From positions 25,858-89,857 of IMG/VR virus record IMGVR_UViG_3300032218_002851: DNA of 64,000 bases; one strand, given 5' to 3'. The notes under the pieces are model-generated. The model saw only the letters and a list, made by a program, of their open reading frames with translations. It had not been told where the DNA came from and searched no databases. Below, piece by piece: positions 9,677-17,863 of the stretch. The position numbers and the translations under genes are program-made. How positions within the stretch are numbered: the stretch's first letter is position 1; each line of letters starts with the position of its first letter. Origin of the DNA: a virus (Duplodnaviria; Caudoviricetes).

Positions 9677-11083
9677 TTACCAGAATACTGCCATACGAGT
9701 AACGATTGCTGATGGTTCAGAACCAGCATACTTACCACCTTCTACATCAAGAACCTTGACATAGTTAGTCTGGAAGCGAACGTTCTGTACTGGAAACCAA
9801 TTAACGCCAACTGATAGATTCTTTTCACGACCACCAGTGATTAAATCGCTATTCAAGTCTGTATCCGAGAATCGACCAACAAGTTCCCAAGCACCCCATC
9901 CACCTTTACCAACAAGAGACTGTGGCTTGACTGAATCAAAGATACCTTCTTGAAACTTATATGGACGAGATTCACCAGTTAGGAACCAGCCAGCAGAGAC
10001 ATAATAACCTTGGAAGTAAGGATTGCCAGCAGCAGTATTCACTTGCATACCAAGATATTCACTTTGTAGAGTAAATGGTCCCTGTACTACAACAAACTCA
10101 CCGTTCCAGCGAAGTAGATGATCAGCACCAAATTTACCAGTATCAATTAGGCGAGTAGATGTTTCATTGACTTCCATTCTTTCGCGAAGCTGAACGTTGT
10201 TACCATCCTTAAATCCACGATAAGAGACACCAGAACCTAGATGAAGTACATGACCACCATCATGCCAAGGTGCCCAAGTTACACGTCCAGTAGCAGCATA
10301 ACCATCATTGAAGTCACGAGGATTGGTTTCATCTGCACCCTTATCGGAAATGGTTTCTTGCTGGCGAGTACCAAAGATACCCCCGCTATAGGTAAAGTGA
10401 TCTGTCCAAGTAGTTAGCTTGATACCGGGATTACGTTCACCAACATAGTTAGCAAGAGCATTGACTGGCATTGCACGTTCTACAAATAGACCATTGTTTG
10501 AGCTATTGATTAGATCAAAGCTAAATGGTTCGTGTGACTGACCAATCTTGACACTTGTAGGATGTGCTACTGCATCAATACCGGGAAGCTTACCAACATA
10601 TTCAACATAGGCATCCTTTAGACCTTCAATGCCTTTGTCTGATTCACGGAAATCGTATTCAGCTTTGAACTTCCAATTAGTATTCAGTGTACCAGCAACA
10701 CCAAGTCTTAGACGACGAAACTGACCTGCATCTGCCTGATTGAATCCACCGTCTTTATCAAAGAAGGCAGTATCATAATGAATACGACCAATTGTGCGCC
10801 AAGCAAAATCTCCGGGCTTGTCTTTTAGTTCAAACTTACCGGGAGTAAGACCGGGAGTACCTAGCTGAGCAAGAGACTGTTCGACCTTTTTACCAACTTC
10901 TGCGCCAGCAGCATTGTTAGTTTCTTCATCAGCTTGAGCGGCAGACTTAAGTTCCTCATACGATTTGGCGTCAAGGGTTCCTCTAGTCTTTAGAGTATCC
11001 AGTAGCTGGATCATCGCATCGTTTGCAGCAAATGCTGGCGCGCTTAATAGGCACGACAGTAATACTATTGTGGATTTTCTCAT
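9677..11083 (-). CDS. phosphate-selective porin, OprO/OprP family
   Basis: Signal peptide; FRRLRLGVAG, WKFKAEYDF, LKDAYVEY, GQSHEPFS, GAWELVGRFS, VGVNWF; C-terminal aromatic residue (FW). Confidence 0.88.
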   Translation of the reverse strand: MRKSTIVLLSCLLSAPAFAANDAMIQLLDTLKTRGTLDAKSYEELKSAAQADEETNNAAGAEVGKKVEQSLAQLGTPGLTPGKFELKDKPGDFAWRTIGRIHYDTAFFDKDGGFNQADAGQFRRLRLGVAGTLNTNWKFKAEYDFRESDKGIEGLKDAYVEYVGKLPGIDAVAHPTSVKIGQSHEPFSFDLINSSNNGLFVERAMPVNALANYVGERNPGIKLTTWTDHFTYSGGIFGTRQQETISDKGADETNPRDFNDGYAATGRVTWAPWHDGGHVLHLGSGVSYRGFKDGNNVQLRERMEVNETSTRLIDTGKFGADHLLRWNGEFVVVQGPFTLQSEYLGMQVNTAAGNPYFQGYYVSAGWFLTGESRPYKFQEGIFDSVKPQSLVGKGGWGAWELVGRFSDTDLNSDLITGGREKNLSVGVNWFPVQNVRFQTNYVKVLDVEGGKYAGSEPSAIVTRMAVFW

Positions 11084-11133
11084 AAATTCTCCTTAGTTTA
11101 ATTTAGAATATATCGTGAATATTTAATAATACT

Positions 11134-11162
11134 TGTACAGTGTTATTAAAATAGTGTGACAG
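11134..11162 (-). promoter_or_regulatory. putative pho box array upstream of porin-pstS
   Basis: CTGTCAC-acta-TTTTAAT-aaca-CTGTACA, half-sites in 11-bp register; consensus is CTGTCAT repeats. Confidence 0.45.
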
Positions 11163-11174
11163 CGGTCGCTTAGA

Positions 11175-11438
11175 TTAAAATTCTCTGCAAGGCACATAGA
11201 CAGGCACAAAATTGCAGTCCTGTTTCCTATAACGTCGTTTTTGTTCTTCTTTAGCGTATACGCTGATGAATAGATCGCCGTATGCATACGGCGATCCGTC
11301 ATTGTGAGACGGCCCAATAATGAACCACCCCACATGTTTCATATTTCTGTTATGATCCTCTAGATCGATATGTTTCGCGTAGCTCTCGTTGCTTACGCTC
11401 CTCAATTCTCCGTTGTTCTCTCTTAGCACATTTCTCAC
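11175..11438 (-). CDS. hypothetical protein
   Basis: ORF track; AAGGA upstream of the GTG. Confidence 0.5.
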   Translation of the reverse strand: MRNVLRENNGELRSVSNESYAKHIDLEDHNRNMKHVGWFIIGPSHNDGSPYAYGDLFISVYAKEEQKRRYRKQDCNFVPVYVPCREF

Positions 11439-11690
11439 AGTGTTTATCCTTGGATATCAAATGATCACATAGTCTATTTTTCATCACTGCCTCCTTTGCT
11501 GTTCAGCTACTGTTCAGCAAGTATTTATATTAGAGGCTCTGGTGATGGTAAACTACTAGAACGTATATTTATGTATCATTTCCAGTTGTTTCTCTGTTAA
11601 TCTTTGGTAATACTCAGTAAGTTGTTGTCTAATCATACTGCGTATTTGTTCTTTGCTCAGAGAAAATCATCTCTTGTCTAGTTTGAGACA

Positions 11691-12893
11691 TTACTTGATA
11701 GCCTTTAGTAACACGCAGTCTGCACCAATCCGACCATTGAACTTTTGCGATTTGGTCTTGATGCTGTCCATGAGCTTCTTCAATGTATTTTTATTACCGT
11801 CCAGCACCTGTTTGATAACAGCCTCAGGCTTGCGTACCTTTTTCTTGATGCTGCTGATTTCATCATAGTGGAGGATACTAGAACCCTTGATTGCCAACGT
11901 GGCAACGCCCAGATTGCCTGTGATATGATAAATCTGATTGGTCTTGGTGTTAAACACCCAGAGCTGGGTTGCCCCGATGATAGTCTCAGGAGGAATGCTC
12001 TTTATCTTGAGTTTGGCATATTCCTTCATGTAGTTCAGCTTGCTGATTTGCTTTTCTACACTCACTGGCTTTTTAGCCCGCGGCTTGCGTACCTTGGCTG
12101 CCTTGGCATTGCCAACAAAACGGTCAATATCGTCCAACACCGCCTTCAGCATGCGCAGGATTTCACGCTTGCTGGACAGCGGCAGATACTCATATGCTTC
12201 GTTCAACTGTTCATCCTTGAATCCCATCATCTCCTCATGCTCAGCTAGACGGTCTTCCACCACCTTGCGGATATGCTTGCATACATGAGTTGAAGGCTGG
12301 TGCTTCTGCAGATAGTTATAGAAGCTATAGTCAATCTTTTTCTTTCGGTCTTGAAACCATGAAGAGATTTCATCGTCTACCGCAATGATATGCGGCTCAG
12401 CACCGGCTTTGATGCGGTCTTGAATATTGATAACTTCTGCCATTGGTTTCAGCGCAACTTTTGCGCCATCGTTATCATCATCAAACACCTCATGACTATC
12501 ATATACTTCACTCAGAAGCAACGATTCAAGTTCGGAAACAATAACGTTTTCACATTCACCAGTGAACTTGGTACCAAGATCCTGCATGCGAATTAGCTTA
12601 CCCAAGGTGTCTTTTTTAACACTGCTGAGTTTTTTGAAATGTCGAATATCTGCCTTGTTGTAATTATTTTTACCCATCCAATTGATGACCCATTTTTCAT
12701 AGGTATCCGAATCAACGCTGGATATTGCATACCAATTCAAGGCACTGGCAAGAACAGCATCAGAACGGCTGCTGATTTCTCCCCAAGAAAGACTTTCGTC
12801 ACCCAGCTTGCCTGCTTCTCCGCGAATTTTTTCACGCTGTTGACGAGTGACGCGGATTCGTACTGGGTTTGATGATTTGCGTTTAACTGCCAT
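11691..12893 (-). CDS. conserved T4-like phage hypothetical protein
   Basis: 400-aa ORF; AGGAGA RBS; basic C-terminal domain LWVFNTK...RKPE...NGRI. Confidence 0.8.
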   Translation of the reverse strand: MAVKRKSSNPVRIRVTRQQREKIRGEAGKLGDESLSWGEISSRSDAVLASALNWYAISSVDSDTYEKWVINWMGKNNYNKADIRHFKKLSSVKKDTLGKLIRMQDLGTKFTGECENVIVSELESLLLSEVYDSHEVFDDDNDGAKVALKPMAEVINIQDRIKAGAEPHIIAVDDEISSWFQDRKKKIDYSFYNYLQKHQPSTHVCKHIRKVVEDRLAEHEEMMGFKDEQLNEAYEYLPLSSKREILRMLKAVLDDIDRFVGNAKAAKVRKPRAKKPVSVEKQISKLNYMKEYAKLKIKSIPPETIIGATQLWVFNTKTNQIYHITGNLGVATLAIKGSSILHYDEISSIKKKVRKPEAVIKQVLDGNKNTLKKLMDSIKTKSQKFNGRIGADCVLLKAIK

Positions 12894-12922
12894 GATTTAT
12901 CTCCTGGACTGAAGAATAACGA

Positions 12923-13051
12923 TTATTCGCCACGCTTGGGATGTTTGTCTTTTCGCACATATTTGGTGCGGTCGCGCTGAACCTTGTGACGGAACAGGTT
13001 TCCTGTGCAATACAGTTCGGTAGCTCTGATTCGTTGAGGCTTACTTTTCAT
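12923..13051 (-). CDS. ArfA-like basic peptide (42 aa)
   Basis: Not in ORF track; MKSKPQRIRATELYCTGNLFRHKVQRDRTKYVRKDKHPKRGE resembles the ArfA core LFRQRV...SYMRKGKH. Confidence 0.5.
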   Translation of the reverse strand: MKSKPQRIRATELYCTGNLFRHKVQRDRTKYVRKDKHPKRGE

Positions 13052-13086
13052 GTTTTTCACCAACTATTTAGTATAGCAGAAGTCTA

Positions 13087-13287
13087 TCAACGGCAATCAG
13101 CTGTGTCAAGCAGTTTATCCATGATCAGATTGCGCTCGATTATTTGCCAAACTTTGGCATCACGCTCTCGTTGTTCCACCTCGATTCTGGAACGCAAAAA
13201 TTCCAAGGCGTGTTCACCGATTTTATCCAAGTTGGATGCTATTAGACGATATGCTTGGTCCATATCCATTTCAACGCTTTGCATCAT
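13087..13287 (-). CDS. hypothetical protein
   Basis: 3' part of the track ORF, from MMQSVEMD. Confidence 0.45.
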   Translation of the reverse strand: MMQSVEMDMDQAYRLIASNLDKIGEHALEFLRSRIEVEQRERDAKVWQIIERNLIMDKLLDTADCR

Positions 13288-13456
13288 ATGCCTGATCCGA
13301 TTCCATGTCGCAGTGATCACAATGGCCATGTTTGGCGCCGTGCTTGCAGGGCTTGTGCCCACACGGCTTACACAAGGCATATGCCCACGTGTTAGCCCAT
13401 AATGCTTGTCCGCAGGACTGACAATAGTGCGTTGGGGCAGTGGGCTTGAATGCCAT
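13271..13456 (-). CDS. small Cys/His-rich putative metal-binding protein
   Basis: CQSC...CKPCGHKPCKH...HCDHC; AAGAGG RBS. Confidence 0.55.
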   Translation of the reverse strand: MAFKPTAPTHYCQSCGQALWANTWAYALCKPCGHKPCKHGAKHGHCDHCDMESDQAYDAKR

Positions 13457-13461
13457 GATAA

Positions 13462-13839
13462 TCAACCTCTTCTCATTTTAGCAACTTCTTCTGCTTCAGC
13501 CTGGCTAAAAACAGGTTGCAAACAGCTTTTATGCAGAACTGCAATGCCGATCAACCGATCACCAGTGTAAAACAATGTTTCTTTTTTGGTGCAGGTATTC
13601 ATGGTCATTTCGTGACTGGGAATCTTTGGTTTTTCCTCTCTAAATGAGCGAGGCGGCACATATGTGGCTACATTTTTTGTAGATTTTACTTTTTTCGTGT
13701 CTTGAATACCGTTTTCTTTCTTGTATTCTTCATAGTCACGAAAACGCTGAGCTTCAGCAGCAGAACGAAACTTTCGCTTGCGTCTGAATTTTTGCTTGCC
13801 AGTAGTAGTTAAAGCTGGATGTGTCAGATGAAAAGTCAT
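13462..13839 (-). CDS. conserved phage basic hypothetical protein
   Basis: Start moved to MTFHL; C-terminal YTGDRLIGIAVLHKS...PVFSQ. Confidence 0.7.
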   Translation of the reverse strand: MTFHLTHPALTTTGKQKFRRKRKFRSAAEAQRFRDYEEYKKENGIQDTKKVKSTKNVATYVPPRSFREEKPKIPSHEMTMNTCTKKETLFYTGDRLIGIAVLHKSCLQPVFSQAEAEEVAKMRRG

Positions 13840-13865
13840 AAAATTCTCTGAACTATCTGTTGTGA

Positions 13866-13902
13866 TGTGTGCAGTATATGCTACTGCACACAAGGTTGCC
13901 AA
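13866..13902 (-). promoter_or_regulatory. promoter (TTGGCA-18-TATACT) with an 11-bp inverted repeat over the -10 box
   Basis: Arms TGTGTGCAGTA / TACTGCACACA. Confidence 0.55.
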
Positions 13903-13907
13903 TTGAT

Positions 13908-14417
13908 TTATACGGCGTCTTCTTGTGTGTCTTCTTCCCACATTGCTTGAGAATTGACAATATCAAACTCTTGGTCGATGCATTCGGGCAGCATTTGGGC
14001 TGCGCTACCACTATCGCCCCACTCTTCATAATGCTGATCACTGCCATTGTGCCAAAGGCCAGCGAACTGCATGCCGGGCTCGTAGTAAAATGCACGAATA
14101 TCAAATCCTTCGTGATTCACGAGATAATCATAAAACCCAATTGGCGGCGCCCAGGCACTGTCAAACTTCAATGCAAGCCGCTGTTGTTCTTGATCAAGCC
14201 AATCTGCCCAATCGCTGCCGTCATTGCCACCAACATCCCACTTGGTGCCCCAATGATCAATACACCAACTAAACCAACCTTCACCGTCATACAGTTCCGA
14301 CGGGCAAGGCAAGAACTCTTGCATCATACGCCCTGCACGAAAAGCCGTGATCAGCCGATCAAGTTTCTCGCGGTCAACATGCGTGATATAAACACTGTTT
14401 GAACACCAATTTGGCAT
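13908..14417 (-). CDS. YubB/Api92-like ferredoxin-fold domain protein
   Basis: MPNWCSN...WCIDHWGTKWDV...FDSAWAPP...YYEPGMQFAG; GAGGA RBS. Confidence 0.75.
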   Translation of the reverse strand: MPNWCSNSVYITHVDREKLDRLITAFRAGRMMQEFLPCPSELYDGEGWFSWCIDHWGTKWDVGGNDGSDWADWLDQEQQRLALKFDSAWAPPIGFYDYLVNHEGFDIRAFYYEPGMQFAGLWHNGSDQHYEEWGDSGSAAQMLPECIDQEFDIVNSQAMWEEDTQEDAV

Positions 14418-14447
14418 TGCGGATTCCTCTGTGCTGTTGTTTAAGTA

Positions 14448-14484
14448 TGCGTGCAGTATAAGCTACTGCACGCAGTGCTGTCAA
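14448..14484 (-). promoter_or_regulatory. promoter (TTGACA-18-TATACT) with an 11-bp inverted repeat over the -10 box
   Basis: Arms TGCGTGCAGTA / TACTGCACGCA; second copy of the element at 13866. Confidence 0.6.
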
Positions 14485-14504
14485 GTCATCACCGAATTTT
14501 CTCC

Positions 14505-14582
14505 TTATCGGTTTCCGAAGACGTAGACCGCACAGTACACGGCTATCGCAACCCCAATCATCAGTTCAGACACGTATTCCAT
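14505..14582 (-). CDS. 25-aa single-TM peptide
   Basis: MEYVSELMIGVAIAVYCAVYVFGNR; strong AAGGAGA RBS. Confidence 0.5.
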   Translation of the reverse strand: MEYVSELMIGVAIAVYCAVYVFGNR

Positions 14583-14592
14583 GTTGTTCTCC

Positions 14593-14808
14593 TTAGATTT
14601 CGACAGAGATGTGACCGGCGAAGCTGAACTTCCGAGTACCGGGGATGTAGGCTAAGATATCGGTTTCGATATCGCCGTACTCGTCTTCCACACCGATGAT
14701 AGTAATTACATTCCACTGTTTGAATTCAGTGTCGAAGACGATGCGGTCGGCTTCAGGAAAGCGGCGCAGCAGGATGGCTTTTTGTTCTTCGCGAGTCAGG
14801 TTAGTCAT
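14593..14808 (-). CDS. hypothetical protein
   Basis: ORF track; downstream of an early promoter. Confidence 0.65.
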   Translation of the reverse strand: MTNLTREEQKAILLRRFPEADRIVFDTEFKQWNVITIIGVEDEYGDIETDILAYIPGTRKFSFAGHISVEI

Positions 14809-14840
14809 GATGTTTTCCTATTTTTCTGTTCAATATAAGG

Positions 14841-14869
14841 ATATTACACAACGACGAACCGTTTGTCAA
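14841..14869 (-). promoter_or_regulatory. sigma70-type early promoter, with IHF-consensus site at 14910-14922
   Basis: TTGACA-17-TAATAT; AATCAACAACTTA about 40 bp upstream of the -35 box. Confidence 0.75.
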
Positions 14870-14926
14870 CCGTTTTTGAGAGATTTTGCAGGATTTTTTT
14901 CTCCTGCAAAATCAACAACTTACGCT

Positions 14927-15208
14927 TTACTTGCGCATAGCCTTTTCAAACATCGAATCTAGACGACTCTTTTGTTCAGCGCAGCAACCCTGAGCAGCAT
15001 CGCCAGCAGCCTGGGCAGACGTAGCAGACTCCAGTGCCCTTCGGGCTAGCTTGTCAGTTTCGTTAACCTTGCTTGTTACTACGTCTAACTTGCCACCTAG
15101 CAATTCTACCTTGCTGCTAAGGACAGTAACGTCCTTTTGAGTAGCATAGCTACAACCACTGAGCGTAATAACACCTGTCAACACAGCGATACTAAACATC
15201 TTATTCAT
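14927..15208 (-). CDS. OprI/Lpp-like outer-membrane lipoprotein (alanine zipper)
   Basis: Lipobox LSGC, coiled coil, C-terminal MFEKAMRK similar to OprI RMLEKASRK; AAGGAGA RBS. Confidence 0.7.
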   Translation of the reverse strand: MNKMFSIAVLTGVITLSGCSYATQKDVTVLSSKVELLGGKLDVVTSKVNETDKLARRALESATSAQAAGDAAQGCCAEQKSRLDSMFEKAMRK

Positions 15209-15263
15209 AAATTTTCTCCTTTAAATGATGAGCTTGTTATCTTAGCTTGTTTTGAACTGATGT

Positions 15264-15470
15264 TCAAATATTTTGGTCATCATAAGAGTCAAAAAGAACG
15301 CTTGGATCTTGTAGCCCGATCAATGATCCGCCTGGACCTTTGCGAAGAATACCTTTTTCTAGCCCGTGTTGTTTGATATTTTTCCATTCTTCTTCTAGAA
15401 GGTTGGTGAAATCTTCTTCGGAACCTAAAAATTCTTCAGGCCATGGTTTGTTCTTTATTTTATTTTTCAT
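15264..15470 (-). CDS. hypothetical protein
   Basis: ORF track; start overlaps the end of the GT4 gene. Confidence 0.55.
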   Translation of the reverse strand: MKNKIKNKPWPEEFLGSEEDFTNLLEEEWKNIKQHGLEKGILRKGPGGSLIGLQDPSVLFDSYDDQNI

Positions 15471-16467
15471 TTGCTACACACTCCGCGTGTTCAATAAATT
15501 GTCGCGCTGAATACCGCCAAGTCCAGCGTTCAGCAGTATACCTAACTCGTCGTCTATCTATATTAGCGCATTGGTCTAAGGCTGTTTGCAAGTCCGTGTT
15601 TATCCATCCGTTTATTCCGTTTTCAATTACTTCCAGCGGCCCTGGTTCTGGATATGCAGCTACTGGAGTGCCAGAAGCAATGGCTTCTAGCAGCACAATC
15701 CCAAACGTATCAGATTTACTGGGAAACACAAATGCATCAGCATTGGCATACCATTTAGCCAATGCTGCACCTTCTTGATGACCCGGGAAAATAACATCTG
15801 GATATTTTCGCTTTAACGAAGCGAGATATGGGCCATCACCTACCAAAACTTTTTGGGAATGATTCAATCGACAAAAATCATCCAAGCCTTTTTCCTTGCT
15901 AGCCCTACTCACGCACAAAATATAGCCACCAGTTGTTTGGTCTCTTTTATCCAAGGAAAATAACTTTCCATCCACACCTCTAGTCCATATAGAAGTGTTG
16001 TACATTCCGTGCTGGTGCAAACACTGTGCTAAACCTACAGTAGGACAAAGAATCGCTTGGCTATTTCGATGAAACCAACGAAAGTAAGGATATGTCAAGT
16101 GTGTCGGTATTCCCCAACGACGCTTAATAAGATCAGGAAACAGTGTATGAAAACCTGTGGTAAAAGGTATGGTGTTGCGCTTACAAAATCGCCGAGTCAT
16201 GAGTCCGATAGGACCTTCGGTAGCTATGTGTATGTTCGTGTCGCTATCAACCCTTGATGAAAGTTCATTGGTTACTGCGGATAAATTACAAACATATTCG
16301 ATTTCAGGATATGCTTTTAATATTCTACGTTTGAAAGCCGGCAGATACGGATGAATCACATCACAAGTCACACCTAACTCTGAAAAATAAGGCAAAATAT
16401 TTTGATATGAGCGAATCACGCCATTTACTTGGGGAATCCAGGCATCAGTAGCTATCAATATTTTCAT
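15460..16467 (-). CDS. GT4 glycosyltransferase, Agt-like glycolipid synthase
   Basis: MKILIATDAWIPQVNGV, HIATEGPIG, WTRGVD, FVFPSKSDTFGIVLLEAIASGTPV; ATGA overlap with the plcP-like gene. Confidence 0.85.
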   Translation of the reverse strand: MKILIATDAWIPQVNGVIRSYQNILPYFSELGVTCDVIHPYLPAFKRRILKAYPEIEYVCNLSAVTNELSSRVDSDTNIHIATEGPIGLMTRRFCKRNTIPFTTGFHTLFPDLIKRRWGIPTHLTYPYFRWFHRNSQAILCPTVGLAQCLHQHGMYNTSIWTRGVDGKLFSLDKRDQTTGGYILCVSRASKEKGLDDFCRLNHSQKVLVGDGPYLASLKRKYPDVIFPGHQEGAALAKWYANADAFVFPSKSDTFGIVLLEAIASGTPVAAYPEPGPLEVIENGINGWINTDLQTALDQCANIDRRRVRYTAERWTWRYSARQFIEHAECVANEK

Positions 16468-17213
16468 GAACTCATGCTACTCCATTCGATAATACGCCAG
16501 TTGCCATTAAAATCTTCAACCAGTGCTGTGCAACTTTCCACAAAATCGCCGTCGTTCATGTATTCAACGCCATCAATCTGTTTGATTTCTGCATGGTGAA
16601 TGTGTCCACAAATAATACCGTCATAACCTTTGCGACGACAATACTCAGCCATGTTTTTCTCATAGCTTACAATATGACCTACTGCAGTTTTTACAGCCAA
16701 CTTCAAATACTTGCTTAGACTCCAATAGCCAAATCCAAATTTGCGACGAATCCAGTTGAACTGCGTGTTTAGTCCTAAAATCATTTCATAAAGGTAATCT
16801 CCTAAGTAACTAATCCAACGATGATAATTCAAGATGCCATCAAACATGTCGCCATGAATCAACAAATATCGTCGGCCATTAAGGGCAGTATATTCATAAC
16901 GATTGTGGATCTTGATCAATCCAAAACTTAAGTCTAGTCCTAGAGTGGCTCGTAAAAATTCATCATGATTTCCTACGATATAATGAACTTTGGTTCCTTT
17001 TTTAGCGTGACTTAGAATCTTGCGAACTACATTGGTATGAGTTTGATCCCATCGCCATTTCTTCTGCTGTATCTTCCATCCGTCGATGATATCTCCGATC
17101 AAGAATAGATTTTCTGCTTGATTGTGTTTGAGAAAATCTAAAAGCAATAAGGACTTGCAATCCTTACTGCCTAAGTGCAGATCGCTGATACAAATAGTCT
17201 TATATCTGTTCAT
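16464..17213 (-). CDS. plcP: PlcP-like metallophosphoesterase (phospholipase C; LpxH-related family)
   Basis: ISDLHLG, LIGDIIDGW, GNHDEFLR, IHGD, ICGHIH, NDGDFVESCTALVE; GNHD rather than the GNRD of canonical LpxH; adjacent GT4 gene. Confidence 0.75.
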   Translation of the reverse strand: MNRYKTICISDLHLGSKDCKSLLLLDFLKHNQAENLFLIGDIIDGWKIQQKKWRWDQTHTNVVRKILSHAKKGTKVHYIVGNHDEFLRATLGLDLSFGLIKIHNRYEYTALNGRRYLLIHGDMFDGILNYHRWISYLGDYLYEMILGLNTQFNWIRRKFGFGYWSLSKYLKLAVKTAVGHIVSYEKNMAEYCRRKGYDGIICGHIHHAEIKQIDGVEYMNDGDFVESCTALVEDFNGNWRIIEWSSMSS

Positions 17214-17237
17214 GATATTATTGACGAACTCTATAAG

Positions 17238-17417
17238 TCATTCTGTATCTTCCTCTATTACAACGTAGTGTTTGCCAATATGAATAAAACCAGCATAGGT
17301 TACTGCATTTTTTAGTGCCTGTGCTTCTCCACAAGCCTCAGCTATGCTAAGAAAAATCATAATCAGCACACCTAATGCTAAGCCAAGTAACACACTGTGC
17401 TTATCAAATTTAAACAT
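17238..17417 (-). CDS. small membrane protein
   Basis: One hydrophobic segment; start moved to MFKFDKHS. Confidence 0.55.
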   Translation of the reverse strand: MFKFDKHSVLLGLALGVLIMIFLSIAEACGEAQALKNAVTYAGFIHIGKHYVVIEEDTE

Positions 17418-17430
17418 TTCTCTGTCTGCT

Positions 17431-17598
17431 TTAGCTAATATTGTTATGTTCAGTGTTGCTATTTGATTCTTCACTTTCGTCTACAAGATCAAATACCCAA
17501 TTGATCGGAATATTTAAATTTTTCGCAATATCGCGAATTTTAACACCAGCTTGATATGCGCACACAACTTCGATATATAAATCAGACATATTGCTCAT
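17431..17598 (-). CDS. small HTH-like hypothetical protein
   Basis: GVKIRDIAKNLNIPINWV resembles a helix-turn-helix. Confidence 0.55.
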   Translation of the reverse strand: MSNMSDLYIEVVCAYQAGVKIRDIAKNLNIPINWVFDLVDESEESNSNTEHNNIS

Positions 17599-17815
17599 AG
17601 TTTTGATTCTCGTTAGGTTCAAACATAGTCGGAATTGAAGGCATTGTCATCCAATGCGTAATATCTAATGGTTTGTTATATTGATTATAAAAGGCAAAAG
17701 GCGTAACTCCCTTTACATCTCGGTATTGGAACCAAGCGATTTCAATAAATTCTCCATTGAACACCAAAAAATAACCGTTGAAGGTAGGTAGTCGATCTCT
17801 TACCTTAATCCACAT
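17582..17815 (-). CDS. DUF551-like protein
   Basis: MWIKVRDRLP...ITHWMTMP pattern. Confidence 0.75.
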   Translation of the reverse strand: MWIKVRDRLPTFNGYFLVFNGEFIEIAWFQYRDVKGVTPFAFYNQYNKPLDITHWMTMPSIPTMFEPNENQNYEQYV

Positions 17816-17863
17816 CGAAGTTTTCCATGGGTCTAATCCTTTTTTTGTTCAAGACCTATTTAG

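Noticed and set aside
11530-11690. Two tiny ORFs (20 and 35 aa) downstream of the 400-aa gene
   Set aside because: No clear RBS or motif, so they cannot be supported
11745-14402. Long plus-strand ORFs (11745-12248, 12941-13402, 13869-14402) and similar antisense ORFs across the window
   Set aside because: They lie antisense to well-supported genes, lack RBSs and have no recognisable motifs
16464-17213. Annotation as lipid A enzyme LpxH
   Set aside because: GNHD rather than GNRD, the ESCTALVE tail and the coupled GT4 fit PlcP better; not fully excluded without a phylogeny
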